DNA of 64,000 bases from Candidatus Poribacteria bacterium (GTDB taxonomy: Bacteria > Poribacteria > WGA-4E > WGA-3G): the NCBI GenBank assembly GCA_963665235.2, contig CAXXLX010000001.1, forward strand, positions 2,976,001-3,040,000, written 5' to 3'. The first letter of the stretch is position 1. The number at the start of each line of letters is the position of its first letter. The notes beneath the pieces were generated by a model. It was not told where the DNA came from. It saw only the letters and a list, made by a program, of their open reading frames with translations, and did no database searches. The translations under genes and the position numbers were made by a program. Below, one piece after another: positions 40,737-50,408 of this stretch.

Positions 40737-42779
40737 CTATTCAATCGACACCGTCGATGGTGGGACTTCTTTCAACCACGCGAGATTGAACCGATAATGT
40801 TGTCGGCTGCTGATTAGGTGAATTAATCCGTTTCTGCCTTGGCATACAGATAGATAGCCGCCGGGTTCAGCACTGTTCAATCCCATGGTAAAAGGTCTGC
40901 CATCCATCGTTTCAATGTCTCTATCGGGGCCGTCATCTGTAATCAATCGGGTGTGCGTCCAGGTTTCGCCATCATCGAATGAGAGTGCCCCGAAGAGCCC
41001 TGTTACGAGCCGTTCGTTTCCTGATTCGTCAAGGAGTGGCATTGTTTCAGGTATTTTGCGGCTGCCCGTAAAGGAGGCGAGAAAAATCGGCCCCTCCTTG
41101 AGTCTGAGCAAAACACACCGTTGTCCACCGGAAACAGGTGGGAAAGGACTTGCGCTGTAATGCCATGTCTTCCCATCATCGGCGGAGATGCTTTTCGGCA
41201 TCCGCCCATCAATTGTATCGCCGCGTCCATACGCCAGGAGCCTGCCATCAGTGAGTTCGACGACAGCCGCGTGAATTCCGGCAATCCATCCCCCGCTTTT
41301 TCCAGCAGCAAATTCAGGGATAGGTTGTCCTGCCCCGGGGTCGTACCAGGTTTCACCATCATCGTCGCTTAGCCACACAGCGGTACCGCCATTTCCGCCG
41401 CTCACTGCGTCACAAGCGAGCAGTATTGAACCGTCTTGTCTTCGGAAAACCGATGCAATCGGCATGTGTCGCAGGCGGTGTTCGGGTGAGATAAAGCGCG
41501 GTTTTGACCAAGTTGCCCCATTGTCATCAGAATATCGCATCACCAGGGCGAGGGGCCCCCAGGTCGCTGCAGCGGACAATCCGTTGAAGTGATAGAGCCG
41601 TCCCTTTTCGTTGCACCACAGCGAGGTTGCGTGATTATTCCTGTCAGGTGGTCCCCAAAACGGTTCGGCGGGCTCCCATGCGTTTTCGCCATATCGCAAT
41701 CGACTCGCGGCAACCGTCAGCTCCCGTCCCCGTTCTGTCACGCACGAGTACCATGCTGTGAACATATCACCGTTCGGGCATTCCGCAATCGCGGGTACGT
41801 GATTATGTGCTGAAAAAAGCGGCCCGTTTGAACCCTCCGGAATTTTTATGTATGTGAGCGGCTCCGCAAAGTAAGGGGTAGTGGTAGGCACACGCGCTTG
41901 CGTCTCCACATCTGTATCGCGTTCTGTCTGTTTGACGTTGCGTCCCCACAACGGCACCTTTGGAGCCGGCAGTTCCGTAGCTGTTTCAGGTATCGCCCCA
42001 CACACGACTCGGAAACCGATGTACCAGTGTTTATCTTCTGGCACCGCGCCCATCCGATTCGCGGAGCGTAAATAGCAGAGCAGCGTTGAATGGCTACCCC
42101 CCCGCGTCACTCGGTACAACCCATCTTCCCTCCCAATCGGGTCAACTTGTGGATGCGGTTCGTACTCTCCGTACCAATCGTGGCACCATTCCTCCACGTT
42201 TCCGTGCATATCGTATACGTTCCAGGCATTCGGCGTAGTTTTGCCGACGTGCAGTGCCACAATTTCCTCGGTGCCGCGGCTTCGGCCGGCATCCGGATAC
42301 CAACTTTCTCCAATGTTTTTGTGGAATTCAGGAGGCAAGACATCGCCTGTATGAAAATGGGTTGTTGTTCCTGCCCGGCACACATATTCCCATTCCGCTT
42401 CTGTAGGGAGTCGATATGGCATGCCTTCCTGCTCGGAGAGCCAGTCGCAAAAGCGTGTTGCATCGTGCCAACTCACAAACACGACCGCTTCGTCATCTTC
42501 CTGCGAAAAACCTAATTTTCCCCGGAGTTTGCTATGTGCAGGCTCAAATTTTTCGTACTGAACATTCGTCACCTGAAAACTGCTGATATAAAAGGGTGTG
42601 CTGAGCGTCACTTGATGTACCGGCTGTTCATCCCAATCGCCGTCGCGTAGGTGTGCCTTCCCAGCTGTTAGCTCATCAGCAAGGTTCGCGCGTTCCGAAC
42701 CCATCATAAAAGTGCCGGGTTCAATTCTAACGAACTGCATACCTATTGCGTTCGTATAAGTCTGTCCTTGAATTTTCAC
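40737..42779 (-). CDS. FGE-sulfatase (SUMF1-like) domain fused to BNR/sialidase-like propeller
   Basis: YRLPTEAEWEY, DMHGNVEEW, RGGS, GFRV; Asp-boxes SDDNGATW, SDDDGETW, SADDGKTW, SFDDGETW. Confidence 0.88.
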   Translation of the reverse strand: MKIQGQTYTNAIGMQFVRIEPGTFMMGSERANLADELTAGKAHLRDGDWDEQPVHQVTLSTPFYISSFQVTNVQYEKFEPAHSKLRGKLGFSQEDDEAVVFVSWHDATRFCDWLSEQEGMPYRLPTEAEWEYVCRAGTTTHFHTGDVLPPEFHKNIGESWYPDAGRSRGTEEIVALHVGKTTPNAWNVYDMHGNVEEWCHDWYGEYEPHPQVDPIGREDGLYRVTRGGSHSTLLCYLRSANRMGAVPEDKHWYIGFRVVCGAIPETATELPAPKVPLWGRNVKQTERDTDVETQARVPTTTPYFAEPLTYIKIPEGSNGPLFSAHNHVPAIAECPNGDMFTAWYSCVTERGRELTVAASRLRYGENAWEPAEPFWGPPDRNNHATSLWCNEKGRLYHFNGLSAAATWGPLALVMRYSDDNGATWSKPRFISPEHRLRHMPIASVFRRQDGSILLACDAVSGGNGGTAVWLSDDDGETWYDPGAGQPIPEFAAGKSGGWIAGIHAAVVELTDGRLLAYGRGDTIDGRMPKSISADDGKTWHYSASPFPPVSGGQRCVLLRLKEGPIFLASFTGSRKIPETMPLLDESGNERLVTGLFGALSFDDGETWTHTRLITDDGPDRDIETMDGRPFTMGLNSAEPGGYLSVCQGRNGLIHLISSRQHYRFNLAWLKEVPPSTVSIE

Positions 42780-42967
42780 GTGTTGCCTACTTTTCTGGTC
42801 TCAGATGCTATAATTATCACTATTATAGCAAATTTTGTGGAAATAGACAAATTTAATTTAAATATGCAAAATATCTTGAAAATTATTGCTGAGCATGGTA
42901 TACTTTAAAATAGGTCTTACGCAATTATGGAAATTGTGTTATAATCTGGACTGACATAGATGTTGAG

Positions 42968-43246
42968 TTGCGTAATAATTTGATTGTGGAACAGTGGGTA
43001 TTGAGCGGTCGTGAAGAGGGTCGGCAAGAAGGTCGGCATTTGGGTGGAAAAGCGTTCGCCATTGAGCATATATTGGAAGTTCTCAATGAGCGTTTCCAGG
43101 TGAATGTTGTAGCGATGTTAACCCCCGCGCTTGAAGCGATTGACGATTTAGACGTTTTCAAGGGGCTACTTCGATCGGCCTCGGCGGCGGAACACTTAGA
43201 GGATTTTGTCCGCACATTAGAAAACTGCGTCAACGGAACGCAGTAG
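42968..43246 (+). pseudogene. C-terminal fragment of Rpn/transposase-associated family protein
   Basis: GREEGRQEGR..G...ILEVLNERF tail, no N-terminal nuclease domain. Confidence 0.5.
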
Positions 43247-43325
43247 GTATTGTGCAAATATAGCAACCGAGTAACGTGTGGTGCACAAACACCAAAACCT
43301 AATAGAATCGATATAGGAGAATATT

Positions 43326-44087
43326 TTGAAAAACGTGTCTATTTACCATTTGGCCGTGTCCATTTTCTTATTCACGGCTATTTTTATCACCGGAATTTGT
43401 TTTGCTAACGACCTTGTCCTGCACCTCTCGCTTGACGAGTTAAACGGAGACGTAGCAAAAGACTGGTCGGAATTCGGAAATGATGCCACCTTTAGCGGCA
43501 ATCCCAAATTAATCGATGGCAAATTTGGGAAAGCGGTCGACTTTGATGGAAAAACCTCGGCACAAGTTGCCGACCACGCAAGCATCGATATTGTTGACGG
43601 CGTTACGATTGAATTCTGGGCAAATGTCCGCGCAGGCGGCGATGTTCAGACAGGTGTCGAAAAAGGGCCAACCTGGGGCGCAGGTTTATATACCCTCGCA
43701 GCCTTTTACCGAGGGGGCTCAATCCTACAATTCTTTGATTTACCCGATAATTGTGACGACGAAAATGTAGGGGCCAGCATTCAGGATGGCACATGGCACT
43801 TCCTCGCTGGCACATGGGATGGCAAAACTATCAGACTTTACATCGATGGTGAGCTCAACGCGCAAATGGCCTGTGCGGGGAAACTCACACCCAATAATGG
43901 CCCGCTATTTATCGGAGCACGCGGCGGAACGGAACGTTTTCTCAACGGTGCCCTTGATGAAATCAAAATGTACAACTATGCCCTGACACAGGATGAGTTG
44001 AAAAACGATATGGAAAATCCACTCCCCCTGAATGTTCAACCCGAGGCGAAATTAGCAACGACATGGGCGCGTCTCAAAGCGCAATAA
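43326..44087 (+). CDS. secreted LamG/concanavalin A-like protein
   Basis: signal peptide, GKFGKAVDFDG, WHFLAGTWDG..LYIDG, FLNGALDEI; tail VQPEAKLATTWARLK. Confidence 0.9.
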   Translation: MKNVSIYHLAVSIFLFTAIFITGICFANDLVLHLSLDELNGDVAKDWSEFGNDATFSGNPKLIDGKFGKAVDFDGKTSAQVADHASIDIVDGVTIEFWANVRAGGDVQTGVEKGPTWGAGLYTLAAFYRGGSILQFFDLPDNCDDENVGASIQDGTWHFLAGTWDGKTIRLYIDGELNAQMACAGKLTPNNGPLFIGARGGTERFLNGALDEIKMYNYALTQDELKNDMENPLPLNVQPEAKLATTWARLKAQ

Positions 44088-44109
44088 CTGACTTAGCGGA
44101 GGAATATTG

Positions 44110-44404
44110 GTAAAGATCACCCTGCTAAAGCATGGGTGCTTTGACATAGCAGTATTCGGGCAAACAGCCCGCTCCTACGCCACACGTTCCCTGTCAAAGA
44201 TTAAGTTCTTCACTACAGTCATATATCGGTATATCTGTGGTGGTGCACAACGGTGTTTCGGATGCTCCCCAAGTCCGATGTAAACGCTGATATACCGATC
44301 TGGATGGGGAAATATACAACCTCTCGGAAGGAAAACAAATGACCGCAGGTCATCAGTTTTTCCTCTAGGTCATCCGTTTTACTTCCGTAGGGAGATTACA
44401 AACT
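44110..44404 (+). ncRNA. putative omegaRNA scaffold (guide would be the flank ~44090-44109)
   Basis: ~295 nt structured non-coding region directly upstream of isrB; CGGATGCTCCCCAAGTCCG element; ATATCGGTATATC pairs with GATATACCGAT. Confidence 0.7.
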
Positions 44405-45454
44405 ATGTTTGTTCCGGTTCAAAGTCCGTCTGGCAAGCCATTAATGCCGACACATTCTAACAAAGCAGGCATGCTAATCAAAAAAGGATTGGCAACGCCA
44501 TATTGGAGTAATGGTATCTTTTGTATTCGGTTAAACTACGAGACAAAAGAACACACACAGGAAATCTGTGTGGGCGTGGATCCTGGTTCCAAGAAAGAAG
44601 GCTTCACGGTGAAGTCTGCGGCTCACACATATCTGAATGTGCAAGCGGATGCACATAACAAGGTTGGGAAGAAAATCGAAAAGCGGCGGACGCTGCGGAG
44701 AGGCAGACGCACACGGAAATGTCCGAATAGGAAAAAGAAGCAGCACAACCTGTCGAACCGGAAGCGTATCCCCGCAGGCACACGTGCAAGATGGGATTGG
44801 AAACTTCGCATATTAGATTGGTTGTCTAACCTCTATCCTGTCACACACGTCTGTGTTGAGGATATTAAGGCGCGGACAAAACAGTATCAAAAGCAGTGGA
44901 ATCAGGCCTTTAGTCCTTTGGAAGTCGGAAAGCATTGGTTCTATTCAGAGGTAGAAAAGCGATGGAAACTCCTGACTTTACAAGGGTTTGAAACCAAAGA
45001 GATACGCGATCGTCTCGGTCTCAAGAAGTCGTCAAAGAAGTTAGCAGAAACCTTTGATGCACATTGCGTTGATAGTTGGTGCTTGGCATATCACACCGTT
45101 GGCGGTTTAGAGATACCCGACAATACCGATATATTCTGTATCTCACCGATACCGATACGTAGGCGAGAACTCCACAGACAAAACCCGCAGAAAGGTGGCA
45201 ATCGTCCGCGATATGGTGGCACCTTATTAGGGGATGGACTTGTTAAAAACACATTGATAAAGCACGACAAATATGGACTAACACGTCCGAGGTCCCACCG
45301 AGGACATCCTATTGCGGGTGTTAATGCGAAAGGCCTATTCTCTGTCTATTCAAAAGATGGACACCGATTAACAACGGGTGCGAAACGCACAGATTTTCAA
45401 GTCCTCACACGCCTGAACTTTCAATATAGGAGCGGTGTGAGGGAAAAAGAATGA
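44405..45454 (+). CDS. isrB: IsrB RNA-guided nickase (RRXRR/PLMP family, no HNH)
   Basis: 349 aa; PLMP, RuvC-I GVDPG, Arg-rich bridge helix RRTLRRGRR, RuvC-II VED, RuvC-III HCVD; no HNH insertion. Confidence 0.85.
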   Translation: MFVPVQSPSGKPLMPTHSNKAGMLIKKGLATPYWSNGIFCIRLNYETKEHTQEICVGVDPGSKKEGFTVKSAAHTYLNVQADAHNKVGKKIEKRRTLRRGRRTRKCPNRKKKQHNLSNRKRIPAGTRARWDWKLRILDWLSNLYPVTHVCVEDIKARTKQYQKQWNQAFSPLEVGKHWFYSEVEKRWKLLTLQGFETKEIRDRLGLKKSSKKLAETFDAHCVDSWCLAYHTVGGLEIPDNTDIFCISPIPIRRRELHRQNPQKGGNRPRYGGTLLGDGLVKNTLIKHDKYGLTRPRSHRGHPIAGVNAKGLFSVYSKDGHRLTTGAKRTDFQVLTRLNFQYRSGVREKE

Positions 45455-45517
45455 ACTTCGTTCATTTGTTTCCCCTCCCCGTGCTAAAGCAACGGGGTCT
45501 CCACACCGAAGATTTTG

Positions 45518-46099
45518 ATGAAAATAGTAGTTTATCTATTACCGCTAATAATTATCCTACCAACCCTAATTAGCTGTGCCATGCGCGCCAATGAACCGAT
45601 TGGGACGGAGGAGATTGAACCCGAAGAACAGGTGGCAGTCGTCACAACCGATAAAGGTACATTCGTTGTTGAGTTTTATCCTGATTCTGCCCCTGTGGCA
45701 GTTGAAAACTTCAAAAAACTCATTAACCAGAAGTTTTACGACGGCTTAACATTTCACCGAAAAGTTGACGAGCCCGGTTTGAATGTCGTTCAAGGCGGAT
45801 GTCCGGATGGTGATGGAATGGGCGGCCCCGGGTGGACAATCATCGACGAGTACACCAATTCCAACCAGCGGCCCCATGTGAGAGGTACAGTCGCTATGGC
45901 ACGGACAGGCGCACCAAACTCATCCGGGTCACAATTCTATGTCTGTTTGAAACCGCAACCCCATCTCGATGGACAATACACCACCTTTGGTGGCGTAATT
46001 CAGGGCATGGAGGTCGTCGACCGGCTATCAGTAGGCGATATCATGACAAAAATCCGACTGGAGGCGAAATCAAACTATGTTAAGCCAACAGCAGAGTAA
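45518..46099 (+). CDS. cyclophilin-type peptidyl-prolyl isomerase, probable lipoprotein
   Basis: FYDGLTFHR, QGGCP, GTVAMA, GSQFY, HLDGQYTTFG; LISC lipobox. Confidence 0.92.
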   Translation: MKIVVYLLPLIIILPTLISCAMRANEPIGTEEIEPEEQVAVVTTDKGTFVVEFYPDSAPVAVENFKKLINQKFYDGLTFHRKVDEPGLNVVQGGCPDGDGMGGPGWTIIDEYTNSNQRPHVRGTVAMARTGAPNSSGSQFYVCLKPQPHLDGQYTTFGGVIQGMEVVDRLSVGDIMTKIRLEAKSNYVKPTAE

Positions 46100-46664
46100 T
46101 CTCATATCCACCGCACTTCTGATTTTAGCCGGTTTGTTTGTCATTCTCCTCTCAGGTTGCACCCAACAAGAAGAGACAAAAGCACCGGCACCTCGTGCAC
46201 GACCAACTGGCAAAGGTGAAGTGCAAACGCAAGCGAAACAGGAGATTGACCCGGCTACCGTAGTGGCTGTTATTGAAACGGAAAAAGGCAACATGGAATT
46301 CGAATTTTTCGCAGCGGATGCACCGCAAACCTCGAAAAACTTCATCAAAAACGCGAAACTCGGGTATTATAAAGATGAACCCTTCAAACGTGTCGAGGAG
46401 CTTCTGATTCAGGCGGAGTCACGTTTTGTCGATGACACTATGCCTATTGAGCAAAACGACAAAACACCGAAAAGAGGTATTGTGGCAATGGCAAAGGAGG
46501 AGGGTGCCACCGTCTCACATGCCGCTGCCTTCTTTATCTGTAAAGATACCCTCGTTTTGGATAGTGACTATACCATTTTTGGGAATCTTATCAGCGGGTT
46601 CGATGTTCTTGATAGTATTGAACGCAACGACAGAATTATCAACATCACCATTCGCGACAAGTAA
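46077..46664 (+). CDS. degenerate cyclophilin-like lipoprotein
   Basis: LSGC lipobox, APQTSKNF, GIVAMA, YTIFG. Confidence 0.75.
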   Translation: MLSQQQSNLISTALLILAGLFVILLSGCTQQEETKAPAPRARPTGKGEVQTQAKQEIDPATVVAVIETEKGNMEFEFFAADAPQTSKNFIKNAKLGYYKDEPFKRVEELLIQAESRFVDDTMPIEQNDKTPKRGIVAMAKEEGATVSHAAAFFICKDTLVLDSDYTIFGNLISGFDVLDSIERNDRIINITIRDK

Positions 46665-46723
46665 TAAGAGATAGGGCGGCCCCGCCGGGACCGCCCATTC
46701 ACTCACACCGAAAGGAGAAATGA

Positions 46724-47101
46724 ATGGCACTAACAGTTATCCGAACAGCCCGTCCCAGTCCAGTCTGGCAAGAAAGCTACGTGCGCGTAAAAAAGGGACA
46801 ACGGCTCGTCATTGATGCAGACGGCGCGTGGTCCCCTGACCTGCAAAACCGAATTGGATGGTGCGGGGCTGATGGAGTCGCAAAAACCCCAGGCGGTGAC
46901 AGCTATCTACTGCCGGGCACAAACATCGGCGCCCTTATCGCTAAAATTGGCAATGTCGTTTTCGCACCAGGCTCACGATACGATAACCCCGCACCCGCAG
47001 ACGGTGTTATCTTTCTCGCTATGAACGAAAACCCTAATAACAACAATCAAGCTGGAAGCCTCCTCGTACAAATTATTGTCCTCGACGACGAAGACCAATA
47101 G
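46724..47101 (+). CDS. LecA/PA-IL-like lectin-fold protein
   Basis: GALIAKIGN and GVIFLAMNE...GSLLVQI parallel PA-IL GALVMKIGN / GAITLIYND...GSFSVNI; 125 aa. Confidence 0.6.
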   Translation: MALTVIRTARPSPVWQESYVRVKKGQRLVIDADGAWSPDLQNRIGWCGADGVAKTPGGDSYLLPGTNIGALIAKIGNVVFAPGSRYDNPAPADGVIFLAMNENPNNNNQAGSLLVQIIVLDDEDQ

Positions 47102-47135
47102 GTTTGAACACACGTTTCAAGACAGGAGAAACGAA

Positions 47136-47588
47136 ATGGAAGAGACCGCAACTCATGAAGAGAGCCAACACCCCGCTGTTAGTTTTACATCCTATCTTCA
47201 AGAGCTTGTCACAACCGCTTTTCTCTCTCTAGAGGGATACCGCGACCCAGAAACAGAGCGGGTTGTCGTCAACCTCGGAATAGCAAAACATGTGATTGAT
47301 ACCTTAGAGATGCTGGAAGAAAAAACCAAGGGAAATCTCACAGCACCGGAAACCAATTTCTTGGCAAATTCCCTGTACGATTTGAGAATGGGATATGTTC
47401 GCGTGGTCAATAGGCATCAGGAAGCAGCCCAAGAGGAAACGACCTCAACTGAAACGCAAGCGGAGACCGAAACGCAGGACACCGCCGCAACCGATACGCA
47501 AGAGGCAACACCCGAGCACGACACCGCCTCAACTGAACCTGACGAAACGGACATCGGTACAAACACGGCAGAAAATAGCGATACGTAG
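47136..47588 (+). CDS. DUF1844 family protein
   Basis: AKHVIDTLEMLEEKTKGNLT..E..L...LYDLRMGYV; RBS AGGAG. Confidence 0.85.
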   Translation: MEETATHEESQHPAVSFTSYLQELVTTAFLSLEGYRDPETERVVVNLGIAKHVIDTLEMLEEKTKGNLTAPETNFLANSLYDLRMGYVRVVNRHQEAAQEETTSTETQAETETQDTAATDTQEATPEHDTASTEPDETDIGTNTAENSDT

Positions 47589-47666
47589 CCTTGAGAATCA
47601 AGCGAAACTCTAATTAATTTCTTTGGAGGGCATTCTCTAACAGAGACAATATCGTAACGGAGAATA

Positions 47667-48686
47667 ATGAACTATCAACGCAGAGTCATTATCGCGTTCT
47701 CACTATTGATGGGACTTCTAACCATCGGAACCATCGGGTATTACATACTAGAAAAAAACAATCCGAACGCAGAATGGGACCTATTTCAGGCAATCTGGAT
47801 GACCGTAACTACGTTAACAACGGTCGGATATGGCGATGGGGGAATGGGTATTACCGGCCGTGCCTTTACCATTTTCCTTCTCATCGGCGGTTTCGGACTG
47901 TTTTTCTATAGCGTTACTATTGCAACCTCCTTCCTCGTTGAAGGGCAATTGCTCATCTTTTTCAAACAGAGAAAAATGATACGAACTGTTGAGAAAATAT
48001 CAAACCATTATATAATCTGTGGACTCGGAGATACAGGCGTGCATGTCCTCGATGAAATGTTGGAAACTGAGGCGAATTTTGTCGGAATTGAAATCGAAGA
48101 AGAGCGTCTGGAGCATCTGACTGAAACCCGTGAATTTCTACATCTACATGGGGACGCTACCGATGACGATGTGCTCCTCCGGGCAGGTATTGTGCGAGCC
48201 CAGGGGCTGGTCGCCTGTCTCAGCCGCGATCAGGATAATCTGTTCGTCGTGATTTCAGCAAAAAAACTCAACCCGAATTTACGGGTCGTCTCTAAAGCAG
48301 TGGAACATAATTCACCCGGAAAACTTGTTACCGCCGGCGCGGATGAAGTCGTTTTGCCGGACCATATCGGCGGCATCCGACTTGCATCGGGAATACTCCA
48401 ACCGCATCTCATCGATTTCTTTACGAAAATACGGGGAGGTCAGCAGTCAACCCGGTTCTCCGAAGCCATCATCCAACCGGGGTCTCCACTAGATGGGATA
48501 TCCCTACAGGAAGCGCATATTCAAGAACAGACCGGATTAGTTGTTATCGCAATCCGAAATAAGGATGGAACGTTTAGCTATAATCCGCACGATGATAAAA
48601 GAATCGCAGCCGGGGATGCGATTTTCATAATCGCTGACCGGCTGCAGCTGCAAACGTTACATAAGCTCACCGGGGACCCATTTTGA
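47667..48686 (+). CDS. potassium channel with RCK (TrkA-N/C) domains
   Basis: TTVGYGD filter, ICGLG, GDAT, GADEVV. Confidence 0.93.
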   Translation: MNYQRRVIIAFSLLMGLLTIGTIGYYILEKNNPNAEWDLFQAIWMTVTTLTTVGYGDGGMGITGRAFTIFLLIGGFGLFFYSVTIATSFLVEGQLLIFFKQRKMIRTVEKISNHYIICGLGDTGVHVLDEMLETEANFVGIEIEEERLEHLTETREFLHLHGDATDDDVLLRAGIVRAQGLVACLSRDQDNLFVVISAKKLNPNLRVVSKAVEHNSPGKLVTAGADEVVLPDHIGGIRLASGILQPHLIDFFTKIRGGQQSTRFSEAIIQPGSPLDGISLQEAHIQEQTGLVVIAIRNKDGTFSYNPHDDKRIAAGDAIFIIADRLQLQTLHKLTGDPF

Positions 48687-48819
48687 GGTCAAATAATTGG
48701 AACCCCTCCCAAAAACGGGGTTGTTTTCTGTTTTAACCCATGCTATAATAAATCACCGTTTTCAGGAACAAAAGTGGACCGCTAGGTAAATTTGAGAGGT
48801 TTTGAAAGGAAATACTTGT

Positions 48820-50358
48820 ATGCTTGCAACAGTCATTAGCAGTGCAGTTCTAGGCATTGATGCCTATATTGTCACAGTTGAGGTGGATGTCGCGGATGGC
48901 CTCCCCGGGTTCAGCACTGTCGGTTTGCCAGACAGTGCTATTAAAGAGAGTAAAGACCGGGTTACCGCTGCGATTAAGAACTCCGGGTTCTACTTTCCCC
49001 CGGACAGAATCACCGCCAACCTGGCACCTGCGGATATCCGTAAAGCGGGGTCTGCATTTGACCTTCCGATTGCCCTCGGGGTTATGGCCGCAACAAATCA
49101 GGTAGCTAGCAATCGGCTTGAAGACACAATGGTATTGGGTGAACTTGCGCTTGATGGAAGCATTCGGAGTATACAGGGGGGCCTACCAATAGCTATTGCT
49201 GCAAAAGAGCACGGTTTGAAGGCTCTCATTTTGCCCGCTCAAAATGCGAAGGAAGCCGCAATTGTTGAAGGCGTGGAAGTTTATCCCGTAACTAGCTTAA
49301 CGGAAGCCACCGAATTTCTGAACGCTGCGAGAGAGATTGAACCTGAACCCCACACGCTCGATGCCACGGAAGAAAACCCGCTAACCGAAACATATCTCGA
49401 TTTCATTGACGTTAAGGGACAGGAACATGTGAAGCGCGCCGTTGAGGTCGCCGCCGCAGGCGGACATAATCTCATCATGATTGGACCGCCCGGCTCCGGT
49501 AAAACGATGATTGCCAAACGGATTCCTTCAATCCTCCCCAAGTTGTCTGTGGACGAATCTTTGGAAACCACGAAAATACAGAGCATCGTCGGTATTTTAC
49601 CGAGCGACACGCCTTTAGTTCTGACGCGGCCGTTTCGCTCACCGCACCACACAATTTCAGACGCAGGACTCATCGGCGGCGGAAACGTACCGCGCCCCGG
49701 CGAAGTCAGTCTCTCCCACAACGGCGTCCTCTTCCTAGATGAACTCCCCGAATTTCGCAGGAACGTACTCGAAGTCATGCGGCAACCCCTTGAAGATGGA
49801 CACGTCACAATCTCGCGCGCTGCTGCATCGCTCACCTATCCCGCGAATTTTATGTTAGTCGCAGCGATGAACCCGTGTCCCTGTGGATTTTTCAGCGACC
49901 CGACCCGAAACTGCAAGTGCTCCCCTAATCAGATTCAGACCTACGTCTCTCGTATTTCTGGACCCCTGTTAGATAGGATTGATATTCAGGTAGAGGTGCC
50001 AGCGGTAAAATATGATGAACTTTCAGCGGACGTAACAGGTGAACCGTCAAAAACCGTGCGGGAACGGGTCGAAGCAGCGCGTCAAGTTCAGCAGCGACGT
50101 TTCCACGGCACCACAATCCATGCGAATGCCAACATGGAATCCAAGCAGATTCGGACGTATTGCAAAATTGAAGCTGAAGCACAAGATTTACTCCGCATCG
50201 CCATCACGCAATTGGGCTTAAGTGCTCGCGCCTATGACCGAATCCTAAAGTTGTCACGCACCATCGCAGACCTAGAAGCTAAACCCGATATAACAGCACC
50301 CCACGTCTCTGAAGCTATACAATATCGGAGCTTAGACCGGAGTTTTTGGAAAAAATAG
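48820..50358 (+). CDS. comM: YifB/ComM Mg-chelatase-like AAA+ ATPase
   Basis: [40 protein letters not shown]. Confidence 0.92.
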   Translation: MLATVISSAVLGIDAYIVTVEVDVADGLPGFSTVGLPDSAIKESKDRVTAAIKNSGFYFPPDRITANLAPADIRKAGSAFDLPIALGVMAATNQVASNRLEDTMVLGELALDGSIRSIQGGLPIAIAAKEHGLKALILPAQNAKEAAIVEGVEVYPVTSLTEATEFLNAAREIEPEPHTLDATEENPLTETYLDFIDVKGQEHVKRAVEVAAAGGHNLIMIGPPGSGKTMIAKRIPSILPKLSVDESLETTKIQSIVGILPSDTPLVLTRPFRSPHHTISDAGLIGGGNVPRPGEVSLSHNGVLFLDELPEFRRNVLEVMRQPLEDGHVTISRAAASLTYPANFMLVAAMNPCPCGFFSDPTRNCKCSPNQIQTYVSRISGPLLDRIDIQVEVPAVKYDELSADVTGEPSKTVRERVEAARQVQQRRFHGTTIHANANMESKQIRTYCKIEAEAQDLLRIAITQLGLSARAYDRILKLSRTIADLEAKPDITAPHVSEAIQYRSLDRSFWKK

Positions 50359-50408
50359 CAGCGATAATAATGTTAAGACTCGCGAAGGTATAAGGACGAG
50401 GAGAAAAA

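Larger units (their letters stand above)
44110..45517 (+). mobile_element. IS200/IS605-superfamily OMEGA element carrying isrB
   Basis: terminal hairpins CACCCTGCTAAAGCATGGGTG (44118-44138) and CCCCGTGCTAAAGCAACGGGG (45477-45497) flank non-coding region + isrB. Confidence 0.8.

Noticed and set aside
44405-45454. IscB or Cas9
   Set aside because: No HNH or zinc-finger segment between RuvC-II and RuvC-III, only 349 aa, no CRISPR array
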